Shown here in pieces: positions 1 to 10,176 of a DNA stretch of 64,000 nucleotides. Made by a program: the position numbers and the translations under genes. Positions within the stretch are counted from its first letter, which is position 1. Each line of letters starts with the position of its first letter. The notes under the pieces were generated by a model. It saw only the letters and a program-made list of their open reading frames with translations. It made no database searches and was not told where the DNA came from. The DNA comes from Gloeobacterales cyanobacterium (GTDB taxonomy: Bacteria; Cyanobacteriota; Cyanobacteriia; Gloeobacterales; PMM-0068): positions 386 to 64,385 of the forward strand of contig JBBRSB010000030.1 of NCBI GenBank assembly GCA_038245785.1. Reading direction: 5' to 3'.

Positions 1-228
1 CATGTTCTATGGGCTGAAGCCGGGCTACTTCTTCTGGGACCTCTTCTGGATTGGGGATACTCTGAGCAAGCACAGGATTGAGAAGCCCTACGAAAGTGCT
101 CTGAAGAAGTAGAAGCAAAAAAATGATCGACCATCGACGATGCAAACCACAATACTCACAAAGACTTGTTGTGATTGTACGCCCAAGCCCGTGTGACATA
201 CTGAAAAAGTAGGTCTTCAATTTAAACC

Positions 229-534
229 ATGACACAAGATTTTGAAGAGCGTTTCAAGCGTCTAGAGCAGGAAGTAAATCGGGATTCAAAGACTAATGCA
301 AACTTTAAGTGGAAAACTCCCGCAAATTTAAGTGCACAGGAACGGGTTAATCAGAAAAAGGGTAGCTCTGTTCAGGAATGGATATGGATCGCCATTGCCG
401 TCTTTGTTGTCCTAGTGCTTGGACGAATGGCTCTGGGAATGGCTTTTGGCCTAGTGTTTATGTTGCTGAACTTGGCAGTGTTTGCCGCCATTATTGCGGG
501 AGTAATTGCTCTCTTCCGCTTATTTAAGAAGTAA
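229..534 (+). CDS. hypothetical small membrane protein
   Basis: 101-aa ORF with ATG start. The C-terminal half is strongly hydrophobic (IWIAIAVFVVLVLG, LVFMLLNLAVFAAIIAGVIALF). Its TAA stop overlaps the next gene's ATG (TAATG). Confidence 0.45.
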   Translation: MTQDFEERFKRLEQEVNRDSKTNANFKWKTPANLSAQERVNQKKGSSVQEWIWIAIAVFVVLVLGRMALGMAFGLVFMLLNLAVFAAIIAGVIALFRLFKK

Positions 535-1019
535 TGGCTATCATTGCGGTGGGATTGGGTGGCAATGTAGGAAATCCTGCACATACCTTTAAGCTCGCCC
601 TTGCGGTACTATCGCAAGAGCCTCAATGGCAGCTACAGAAAGTATCCAGTTTCTATCAAACGCCTGCTTTTGGTCCTCCCCAGCCAGACTATATCAATGC
701 CTGTGCCCTTCTCGAAGTAACGCTTACGCCTGATCAAGTTTTAAAGGCCCTACAGCGGGTAGAGAATCAGTTCGGTAGAGTTAGAGAAATTCATTGGGGA
801 CCCCGCACCTTGGATCTGGACTTGCTCTTTTATGAGCAATTGATTCTACACACAGCTGATTTAAGGCTACCTCATCCTTATATGGCTGAACGAGGTTCTG
901 TTTTAGTTCCTCTAGCGGAGATTATTCCTGATTGGGTACATCCTCAATATCAGCAAACAGTATTAGAACTAAAGAGTCAGCTGAATCTACAGGATATCGA
1001 ACTTTTTAAGCAGCTCTAA
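534..1019 (+). CDS. folK: 2-amino-4-hydroxy-6-hydroxymethyldihydropteridine pyrophosphokinase (HPPK)
   Basis: 161 aa. N-terminal IAVGLGGNVGNP, QPDYINA and GPRTLDLDLL motifs are typical of HPPK, as is the size. Confidence 0.85.
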   Translation: MAIIAVGLGGNVGNPAHTFKLALAVLSQEPQWQLQKVSSFYQTPAFGPPQPDYINACALLEVTLTPDQVLKALQRVENQFGRVREIHWGPRTLDLDLLFYEQLILHTADLRLPHPYMAERGSVLVPLAEIIPDWVHPQYQQTVLELKSQLNLQDIELFKQL

Positions 1020-1106
1020 GGCATGTCCCTGTAAAGGTGGGTCAAGTCTAGGGCCAAAGGTATATTCGCTATATTTACCCCAAATAGCCCCTGATCAAAC
1101 AGGACT

Positions 1107-1340
1107 TTGGGTGCCAATGACTGGCAGATCTTTTGGCGTGTCACCCTGCCGAATATCCGCTGGGGTCTGCTCTATGGCGTGATTTTAACCAATGCCCGCG
1201 CCATGGGAGAACTTGGCGCTTCTCAGTGGTATCGGGCAACATTGCTTCGTCAGACCCAATCTCTACCGCTGTTTGTAGAGGATCCTGCAAGCAGTACGAG
1301 ACGGAAACGGCTTGGAATGATTCACCTAAGCAAGGTCTAG
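1107..1340 (+). pseudogene. 3'-terminal remnant of a sulfate ABC transporter permease (CysW/CysT-like), 5'-truncated and frameshifted
   Basis: Frame 1 reads WRVTLPNIRWGLLYGVILTNARAMGELGA..RQTQSLPLFVE, and the overlapping frame 2 reads SVVSGNIA. Together they recreate the C-terminal ~70 residues of CysW-type permeases. Only 88 nt separate this from folK, so the first ~200 codons are absent. Confidence 0.6.
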
Positions 1341-1597
1341 CAGAAACCCCGGTCCGTATTCGGGTAAAAATCCCCAAACAGTATCACCGAGAGCCTGTCA
1401 TTTCTCGCCTGGTTTCCGATTATGGGCTGACGGTGAATATAAAGGCGGCCATCCTCGGGGCCAATACTCCTGGAGACGGATGGTTTGATTTAGAGCTTCA
1501 TGGTAGCTCCGAGCAAATTCATAGCGGGCTGGCCTATGTACAGGAGTTGGGTCTGGAAATCTGGTTTGATAGCCCCGCCGAATCCGGTGACTGTTAA
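1337..1597 (+). CDS. NIL-domain protein (stand-alone MetN-C-terminal-like domain); own start codon not identifiable
   Basis: VRIRVKIPKQYHREPVISRLVSDYGLTVNIKAAILGANTPGDGWFDLELHGSSEQIHSGLAYVQELGLEIW matches the small cyanobacterial NIL-domain proteins found next to sulfate transporters. There is no ATG/GTG/TTG in frame between the cysW remnant and the domain; the only in-frame start is TTG 1133. Confidence 0.55.
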   Translation, partial: LAETPVRIRVKIPKQYHREPVISRLVSDYGLTVNIKAAILGANTPGDGWFDLELHGSSEQIHSGLAYVQELGLEIWFDSPAESGDC

Positions 1598-1674
1598 GGG
1601 CTAGGTCTACAAGAGTGGAGGCAAACACGCCCGAAAGAAGTCACCTGATTCAGGCGCAAACAGGCAGGTGTCTA

Positions 1675-2853
1675 TCACATCATAGGAACCAGCTCGGCTT
1701 TCACCGTCGCGTAAGCCCAATCCAACCAGGGCAAGAGTGCTTCAATATCGGCAGTTTCTACCGTTGCTCCACCCCAAATGCGTAAACCAGGAGGTGCAGC
1801 CCGATAAGAGGCAATATCATAAGCCACTTTCTGCTGCTCAAGAATCTTTGCCAGTCTCTTGGCGAACTTAGCCTGTTCTTCTGGGTTTTGGCTATTAAAC
1901 CAAGAATCCACAATCTTTAAACAGATTGAGGTGGAAGACCGAGTCTCTGCCTGCTTGGCCAAAAAGCCTACCCAACTGCTTTGCTCTACCCACTGGGCGA
2001 TCGCTTGCAGGTTAGCTTCACTGCGGCGAATTAAACCTGGCAGTCCACCGATACTTTCTGCCCACTGCAGTCCATCGAGCGCGTCTTCTACGCACAGCAT
2101 CGAGGGCGTGTTGATCGTATCGCCCTTAAAAATGCCTTCAATCAGCTTGCCTTTCTGGCTCAAGTGAAAGATTTTGGGGATCGGCCAAGTCGGTTGGTAG
2201 CTTTCCAGCCGTTCGACAGCACGAGGAGAAAGGACGATCACGCCATGCTGAGCTTCTCCGCCCAATACTTTTTGCCAGGAATAGGTCACCACATCCAATT
2301 TGTTCCAGGGGATATCCATCGCAAAAACAGCAGAGGTAGCATCGCAGATCGTCAGCCCCTGGCGGTCTTCTGGGATCCAATCACCATCGGGTACCCGGAC
2401 CCCGGAAGTGGTACCATTCCACAAAAACACCACATCATGACTAAAATCAACCTGGACTAAATCTGGCAAACTGCCATAGGGCGCTTTCATCAGGCGCGTA
2501 TCCGGTAACTTCAGCTCCTCCAGAACATCTTTTACCCATTCCTGACCAAAGCTTTCCCATGCCAAGATATCCACGGGCTTCGGTCCCAACAGTGACCATA
2601 GGGCCATCTCTACAGCACCTGTATCGGAAGCAGGAACAATACCCAAACGATAATCGCTGGGAACGCCTAAAATTTTCTTGGAGCGCTCAATCACTTCTGC
2701 CAACTTGGCTCTGCCATCGTCAGAACGATGGGAACGACCGACACAAGCGTTTTGCAGATTGGAAGCAGACCAGCCAGGACGTTTTGCACAGGGACCCGAG
2801 GAGAAATAGGGAACGCTGGGCTTGGTGGTGGGAGGATTGAGAGGCTTTGACAT
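1675..2853 (-). CDS. serC: phosphoserine aminotransferase (class V aminotransferase, long actinobacterial/cyanobacterial type)
   Basis: 392 aa. [12 protein letters not shown] near the N-terminus, [20 protein letters not shown] and overall collinearity match this SerC subtype. Confidence 0.8.
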   Translation of the reverse strand: MSKPLNPPTTKPSVPYFSSGPCAKRPGWSASNLQNACVGRSHRSDDGRAKLAEVIERSKKILGVPSDYRLGIVPASDTGAVEMALWSLLGPKPVDILAWESFGQEWVKDVLEELKLPDTRLMKAPYGSLPDLVQVDFSHDVVFLWNGTTSGVRVPDGDWIPEDRQGLTICDATSAVFAMDIPWNKLDVVTYSWQKVLGGEAQHGVIVLSPRAVERLESYQPTWPIPKIFHLSQKGKLIEGIFKGDTINTPSMLCVEDALDGLQWAESIGGLPGLIRRSEANLQAIAQWVEQSSWVGFLAKQAETRSSTSICLKIVDSWFNSQNPEEQAKFAKRLAKILEQQKVAYDIASYRAAPPGLRIWGGATVETADIEALLPWLDWAYATVKAELVPMM

Positions 2854-3039
2854 AGTTGTTGGGGTACTGCCTTAGATAGGTACTGATAATTTATGACGGA
2901 TTTATCTAATTCTATAGGAGCAGACGCCCTTAGCCGTTCTTGTCTTGCCTCGATGAGAAGCAGAAACGATTCATAGACTGTACGCTTTGACTAGAGCTAT
3001 TCTTTATTCTTTCCCTAAGTGTATCAGCCTAAAATTCCT

Positions 3040-3639
3040 ATGAAATCCTTACACCGCACAGATCTCTACAGTTGGTCCGCTTTTGATCCAGAAAGGAACG
3101 TTGATTTTAATGGAGTGGCCTGGATACGTTCTGGAGGCAATGTCCTGATTGACCCCATGCCCCTTTCGGAGCATGACCAAGCGCACCTGGAATCTCTCGG
3201 TGGTGCTGCCTGGATTGTTATTACTAACTCGGACCATGTGCGGGCGGCTAAAGAATTATCCCTATTGACAGGGGCTCAGATTGCAGGACCTTTGGCTGAA
3301 AAAGAGACGTTCCCAATTCCCTGTCAGCGATGGCTTTCAGAGGAGGAAGAACTGGTTCCCGGTTTACAAGTAATTGAACTGCATGGTTCTAAGACCCCTG
3401 GTGAACTGGCCCTCTTACTGGAAGAAACGACGCTGATTACAGGCGACTTAGTGCGGGCGCATCGGGCGGGTAGTTTGATGATTTTGCCGGAAGCTAAACT
3501 TCAGGATCGGTCAGCAGCTATAGCCTCGGTCCAGAGATTGGCCCATTTGAATACGGTCGAGGCGATTCTGGTGGGAGATGGCTGGTCCATTTTTCGGGAT
3601 GGTCACGCTCGGTTACAAGAACTTGCGGCTGCTCTTTAG
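3040..3639 (+). CDS. MBL-fold metallo-hydrolase-like protein
   Basis: The ORF runs 3019..3639 and the first ATG is at 3040. VITNSDHVRAA sits at the position of the HxHxDH motif (degenerate), and length and secondary motifs are beta-lactamase-fold-like. Confidence 0.55.
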   Translation: MKSLHRTDLYSWSAFDPERNVDFNGVAWIRSGGNVLIDPMPLSEHDQAHLESLGGAAWIVITNSDHVRAAKELSLLTGAQIAGPLAEKETFPIPCQRWLSEEEELVPGLQVIELHGSKTPGELALLLEETTLITGDLVRAHRAGSLMILPEAKLQDRSAAIASVQRLAHLNTVEAILVGDGWSIFRDGHARLQELAAAL

Positions 3640-3661
3640 CAACATTCACAGGTAGAGCCTA

Positions 3662-4447
3662 ATGAAACTAAAGCTGGTCTCCTATCTTGCGCCCAATTTT
3701 TTCTGGTTCTATAAAGCGGTGGGAGCTTTTCTGAGCAGGGTCTTACAGGTGGAAACGCAGGTTGTCCAAAGCCAGTTGGACCCCCTGGAAGATCCCCTAC
3801 TCCTACAAGACCAATTAGATCTTGCCTTTATTTGCGGTCTGCCCTTTGCCCGATATCAGCGCATAAACGCTGAACAATTACAGATATTGGTTGCTCCAGT
3901 CATGGTAGGAACGCGCTATAAAAACCGTCCAGTTTACTTCTCCGATGTGATTGTCCAAGCCAACAGTGGGTTTACTACTTTTGAAGACTTAGCCGGAAAA
4001 ACCCTCTGCTACAACGACCTTGGCTCCAATAGTGGTTTTAACCTTTTGCGCCAACGATTGATCCAGTCTGGGCTACCTAACAATTTTTTTGGTCAAGTTG
4101 TGCCCTCAGGTTCTCACCAACGCTCTATCCAATGGGTCGCAGAGGGTCTGGCAGACTGTGCGGCCATTGACAGCACGGTTCTTGAGCAAGAATTGCGGGA
4201 TATTCCGGAACTGACGACAAAGCTACGGGTGCTTGAATCGATCGGCCCCTGTCCTATCCCACCGATCGTTGTTGCCCAGCGACTTGGTTCAGAGGTTATC
4301 CATCAGCTTCAGGCCGCCCTAGTCCAACTGGATACAACCTTGAGAACGGCCATGGAAAAAGCCCACATAAAATGTTTTGTTGCCGTAGAAGCAAAAGATT
4401 ATGCACTAGAGCTCCTGCATGAATCCCGGAAGCCCCCGTTCGTCTGA
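3662..4447 (+). CDS. PhnD/SsuA/transferrin-family substrate-binding-like protein
   Basis: 261 aa with periplasmic-binding-protein type 2 pattern (LAFICGLPF, GKTLCYNDLGSNSG, AIDSTVLE). The last 14 codons and the stop lie inside the 144-bp repeat. Confidence 0.6.
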   Translation: MKLKLVSYLAPNFFWFYKAVGAFLSRVLQVETQVVQSQLDPLEDPLLLQDQLDLAFICGLPFARYQRINAEQLQILVAPVMVGTRYKNRPVYFSDVIVQANSGFTTFEDLAGKTLCYNDLGSNSGFNLLRQRLIQSGLPNNFFGQVVPSGSHQRSIQWVAEGLADCAAIDSTVLEQELRDIPELTTKLRVLESIGPCPIPPIVVAQRLGSEVIHQLQAALVQLDTTLRTAMEKAHIKCFVAVEAKDYALELLHESRKPPFV

Positions 4448-4548
4448 CGCTCAGGGAAGCCTAAATCCCTCATAGCGTCAGCTTCTCGAAGAGTATTCTG
4501 GAGGACTTTTAGGTCAGAACCCCCCAAAGTTGGGGGGCAGGGGGGCGA
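4405..4548 (+). repeat. 144-bp dispersed repeat, copy A (MITE-like)
   Basis: 143/144 identical to 43182..43325 in the same orientation. It contains an internal 8-bp hairpin (CTGACGCT/AGCGTCAG) and the GC palindrome CCCCCCAAAGTTGGGGGG. Confidence 0.95.
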
Positions 4549-4643
4549 AAGTCGATTCATGCAAGAAGTCTATTGGTAGAGGCCCCATTTCTTAAAGAAA
4601 TCGGTAGCCATGTGTCTTTACTAACAGATGCTCTAAAAGTTCG

Positions 4644-4877
4644 CTATCCAAACATTCCATATTCAGAACGGTAGAGCATCTGTTTAACTTTTTTTGTCCC
4701 TTCATCCGTTACTAAAACATTCAGAGGAGTATCACCGCCTAAGGAAGATTTGGGGGTACTTAACTAATGAGTGGCTTCATCTTTATCTTCAAAAAGATCC
4801 ACCGCCTGTTTGAAAATCTCTGCGTTTTGTGACTCCACATCTTTTACTGGAAGTGTTTTTTGGTTTTTTTGAGTCAT
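4644..4877 (-). pseudogene. short DUF2384 (Xre/MbcA/ParS-type) antitoxin-like gene with in-frame TAG; no toxin partner
   Basis: The minus-strand frame reads MTQKNQKTLPVKDVESQNAEIFKQAVDLFEDKDEATH*LSTPKSSLGGDTPLNVLVTDEGTKKVKQMLYRSEYGMFG*. The second half is the DUF2384 C-terminal signature (W-L-x-x-P-x-x-x-LGG-x-TP). The TAG at 4764-4766 sits where the conserved Trp (TGG) is expected. Confidence 0.6.
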
Positions 4878-4935
4878 GGAACAAATCACTCCTGCTGTTT
4901 GTATAGGATTATTTCTTTCCACATGGCTCAACTTA

Positions 4936-6144
4936 CTAGACTTCCTTATCTCTACTTCCCGACCGAGCAGGAGCCGTAAGCGCTGGTAAAACGAGCTGGA
5001 TACTGTTCCGATAGAGTAGATCCTCTGCTTGAGCGGCGGTCCAGCCTGCCGTATCGATCAGGTCTTGCTCCTCAATCATGGCAGCCCCATCAAAAGCGCC
5101 TAGCGATAGAGAGTAGCGCCGGACTTCAGGGATATAGGCTAGGGGTTCTTGCTCACGCGCTTCTCGCTCAAGATTTTGGACCGTCCATTCCGCTTGTTGA
5201 ACGGATAAAGGGCCGATATTGGGGAATATTTTAGCGATGGCTGAATCCTGGGCCAGGATATTGCCTCCTAGGGCATAGACCTTGGGATAGTTCACCAGAC
5301 GCAAGCTGTGATCAACTTTGCAGAATCCTGCTTCATCTCTTAAGCCTTCAGGTTCTTCTTCCAGACGATGAGGTTCCTTTCCCATGCTCCAAAACACACT
5401 GCGCGTATCTAATTGGCTGGTCTCGCCCTTACGCTCCAAGACCAGATAATCCGGTCGTGCTCTGCGCACTTTCGTTGCGAGATGGACTACAACCTGATGT
5501 TTTTCTAGCCAGCGCTGCACCCAATCAGTTATGGAGGGCCGCCAACCAGGAAGCAGCTCCATCCCTTCATGCACAAGATGCACTTGGATAGCGCCCGCTT
5601 GGCCTTTGTAGCGACTGCGCCAACGACGGGCAAGATGCGCCAACTCAGCGGCCAAGGCAACCCCCGTAGTTCCTCCTCCCACAACTACCCACCGCAGTGC
5701 CAGAGAATCACATTTTTGGCGGTCTAGTTGCTTTTGCAACTCGCTCCAGGACTGCAAAATCTGGCGACAGTCCTCCAAGGTGTAGGGTGAAAAGCCATAT
5801 TTCTCGGCTCCAGACACATTTCTCTTTGCTATAGAACCAGTGCAGAGTAAAATTCGGTCTCCTGTGAGCGTAATCCGGTCCGTTTCTACCGTTCCCAGCT
5901 CAGGATCGAAGCTCACAGCGGGTTCTCGAACCCACTGAATTCCTTTAGGCAGTACTTCTTCAAAAGGTACTAGTACTTCTTTAAGAGGTCGACGCTGAAC
6001 CGCACTACTGACCAAGCGCGTACGAAGGACATGTTCCTTGCGTGGCTCGACCAGCGTAACCGAGAAGTTAGGAAGTCTGCTCAAACGCTGGACTGCTCTG
6101 AGTCCGGCATATCCCCCACCGACCACAATGACCCGCATGCTCAT
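4936..6144 (-). CDS. type II NADH dehydrogenase-like NAD(P)/FAD-dependent oxidoreductase
   Basis: 402 aa with two Rossmann motifs (VIVVGGGYAG, VVVGGGTTGVALAAELA) spaced as in NDH-2. Confidence 0.75.
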   Translation of the reverse strand: MSMRVIVVGGGYAGLRAVQRLSRLPNFSVTLVEPRKEHVLRTRLVSSAVQRRPLKEVLVPFEEVLPKGIQWVREPAVSFDPELGTVETDRITLTGDRILLCTGSIAKRNVSGAEKYGFSPYTLEDCRQILQSWSELQKQLDRQKCDSLALRWVVVGGGTTGVALAAELAHLARRWRSRYKGQAGAIQVHLVHEGMELLPGWRPSITDWVQRWLEKHQVVVHLATKVRRARPDYLVLERKGETSQLDTRSVFWSMGKEPHRLEEEPEGLRDEAGFCKVDHSLRLVNYPKVYALGGNILAQDSAIAKIFPNIGPLSVQQAEWTVQNLEREAREQEPLAYIPEVRRYSLSLGAFDGAAMIEEQDLIDTAGWTAAQAEDLLYRNSIQLVLPALTAPARSGSRDKEV

Positions 6145-6389
6145 CCTGTTGCTCTTGTTACTTCTAATCTAGCCAATCTATGAAATCCAGTTGCTTTCTC
6201 TATAGGTAGAATGCCCAAGATAATTTGATCTAGAAGGTAGCTCGTCGCTTTGGCCTATGCAGGGATTGATAAAGCTAGATAGAGATGAAAGCTCTTCAGG
6301 GAGGGAGCAAAAGCTTATTGCAATATAAGTTTACAATAGTGTACACTTAGTTCAACCGAGATAAATAAAGCTCTACGAGGGCACAACAG

Positions 6390-6596
6390 ATGGGATTAAT
6401 GCTTTTTTATGGTGTACTGTCTTTAGGCTTCGTGGCCTGCGTAGCTATCGGCTCTATCGCATGGTATAACTCTGAGCGTCCTTCTGGCTGGGAAGATTCT
6501 GAAGCTCCTAAGTGGGCGAAGCAGAGCTGGGCTCAGGCTAAAGGTGAGCAGGGTAAGAATCCCGTTCAGTCTCAAGTGGCTCCTGCTCAAGAATAA
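6390..6596 (+). CDS. hypothetical small membrane protein
   Basis: 68-aa ORF with one N-terminal TM segment (LMLFYGVLSLGFVACVAIGSIAW), followed by a terminator-like hairpin. Confidence 0.4.
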   Translation: MGLMLFYGVLSLGFVACVAIGSIAWYNSERPSGWEDSEAPKWAKQSWAQAKGEQGKNPVQSQVAPAQE

Positions 6597-6622
6597 AAGC
6601 GAGTCTTACTCAGACGTAATAA

Positions 6623-8401
<1,779 letters not shown>

Positions 8402-8412
8402 GAATAATGAAC

Positions 8413-9201
8413 TTAAGATGCTGGTTTTATGCAGCTCTGGGTATCAATGTATTCTCGCCAACGACGGATCCGCCCATCCTGGAACTCAATGACAATGGTG
8501 TCGTCTGCTGAGCCGCACTTTCCGGTAGCTTTTTCAATTTCCTGCCAGTGCCATTCCACTGCCGCTTGATGGTTCTCCATTAGAACGCGGCGGATCTCAA
8601 TCTTCACATCGGTATAGGCAGCCGCAAAATCAGCCGCCACCTGACGAATCGCTTCCTGGCCTACCCAATGATTCCCCGGTACGATAAATTCTCCCTCTGG
8701 ATCAAAGAGGGCTGCAAAGGCATCGGCATCCCCCGTTGTCCAGGCATCAGCCGCTTTTTGAATCAGTGAACGTTCTAGGGCGTCTGGGATAGATTGCTGG
8801 ACGGTCAACCCTACTTCTTGTCCATAGGAGACTTCAAGGGTATGACCATCGGGGTCCTTTAGGAATGCCCAGTAGCCGACGGGGTAAGCATAGTCATGGG
8901 GGCCTTCTTGCAAAAGACCTTCTACGCGAGCAGCATCGCACAGACGATCGACTTCTTCTCGTGTTGCACAGCCAACCCCCAGATGAGCAATCGGCAGTAG
9001 GGGATGGTCCACATGAGGCACTTGAATCAAGACGATGACAAAGGGCCGCGTCAAATCACTCAACCAGACAACGGCTGATTGGATGGTCGTATCGATACGC
9101 CGATGCACCACCTGCATCCGAGCATATTTGGCATAGAAGGCACTGCTCTGGTCGATATCACTGACAGGCAAGGCAACGTGGGTAAATCCAAAGTCAGACA
9201 T
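8413..9201 (-). CDS. VOC (glyoxalase-fold) domain fused to SnoaL/NTF2-like domain
   Basis: The N-terminal half is FTHVALPVSDIDQSSAFY..DPDGHTLEV (VOC). The C-terminal half is AWTTGDADAFAALFDPEGEF..AVEWHWQ (SnoaL-like). Confidence 0.6.
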   Translation of the reverse strand: MSDFGFTHVALPVSDIDQSSAFYAKYARMQVVHRRIDTTIQSAVVWLSDLTRPFVIVLIQVPHVDHPLLPIAHLGVGCATREEVDRLCDAARVEGLLQEGPHDYAYPVGYWAFLKDPDGHTLEVSYGQEVGLTVQQSIPDALERSLIQKAADAWTTGDADAFAALFDPEGEFIVPGNHWVGQEAIRQVAADFAAAYTDVKIEIRRVLMENHQAAVEWHWQEIEKATGKCGSADDTIVIEFQDGRIRRWREYIDTQSCIKPAS

Positions 9202-9254
9202 CGGAGACCTCCATCGTTGGTGAATCCAGGCAACAAATCACTATTTTAAGAGCA

Positions 9255-10139
9255 TCACTTTACGGGTTCTTTCAGTAAGGCTTCGGATGCCTTCTGAGCA
9301 GACTGCAAGAAGGATCTAACCTGCTGCTCTTGGGCTTGGGCCGAGTCTTGGGTCAGCTTAGAAGCAGGGAGTACAGCCCCTACCCAGTGCTCAGTATGCC
9401 AAAAACCATGGCCCTCTAGCCCTGGAAGATTTTTTGGGTTGGGATAAGGATAGGGAGTTATATACCAGTAAGGTTCGCTGTAGCTCTTATCTCCAGGCGA
9501 TAGCCCCATCCCTATCGTCATCGGCTCTCCACCCTTTTTGCCTGGCAGGGAAATCAAGACCGCCATATCGAAGTGGTGTGGCCAGATCTGAATAGGGGAG
9601 ACATCCTCCGTGTCATTCATCACTTCTTGCAAAAGTTTGTGGGTATTGGCGTAGTAATGGGTGCACTCTTGCCGTGCGGTTTCATTTTGCTTCAGTTCAA
9701 AAACAGCACCATGAGCAAGTGGATGATCGGGAAAATCATCCGCTGGATAGGAAAGAAGCTCAATCTTGCTGGCATCGGCACCGAGTTTAGCAATTTCGCT
9801 CTTATGCCAGTCCATTCCTTGTGCCAAGGTTTTCTGATCAAGAGAAAGGGTGGCGATCGTTTCACCCTGTCTATTCAAAAGTATGGACATAAGGTGGATG
9901 GGCTCTAAAGCAACCCGAAACACTTCTGCTGCGCGAATCGGTGCTCCTACAAACACGGCTAAGTCGGGCCTCCATTCCAGACTGGTATGGCTATAGTCAG
10001 GGAGTGGTTCTGCCAAAGCTGCTCCTGTTGCCGCCATAAACTGAATGGCGTAGTGCAATTGCAGTCTGCCTTCTGTCAGATCTTTAGGCTCTATTCTGCC
10101 AGTTATATGCCATGCGGTATTCATCATGTACGACCCCAC
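9255..10139 (-). CDS. conserved hypothetical protein
   Basis: 294-aa ORF, 38 nt downstream of egtB on the same strand. I recognise no motif. Confidence 0.5.
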   Translation of the reverse strand: MGSYMMNTAWHITGRIEPKDLTEGRLQLHYAIQFMAATGAALAEPLPDYSHTSLEWRPDLAVFVGAPIRAAEVFRVALEPIHLMSILLNRQGETIATLSLDQKTLAQGMDWHKSEIAKLGADASKIELLSYPADDFPDHPLAHGAVFELKQNETARQECTHYYANTHKLLQEVMNDTEDVSPIQIWPHHFDMAVLISLPGKKGGEPMTIGMGLSPGDKSYSEPYWYITPYPYPNPKNLPGLEGHGFWHTEHWVGAVLPASKLTQDSAQAQEQQVRSFLQSAQKASEALLKEPVK

Positions 10140-10176
10140 ATTATTTAAAAACTAGGGACAGGGCATTGCCCTATCC

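Noticed and set aside
1-112. Open frame running from the window start to TAG 110-112 (..MFYGLKPGYFFWDLFWIGDTLSKHRIEKPYESALKK*)
   Set aside because: It may be the 3' end of a gene starting upstream of the window. However, 36 codons with no recognisable motif are insufficient to call a feature.
1133-1597. Single 154-aa protein as given by the ORF track
   Set aside because: The N-terminal 68 codons are an out-of-frame read of the cysW remnant and only the C-terminal ~85 residues form a recognisable NIL domain. It is treated as remnant plus NIL ORF instead.
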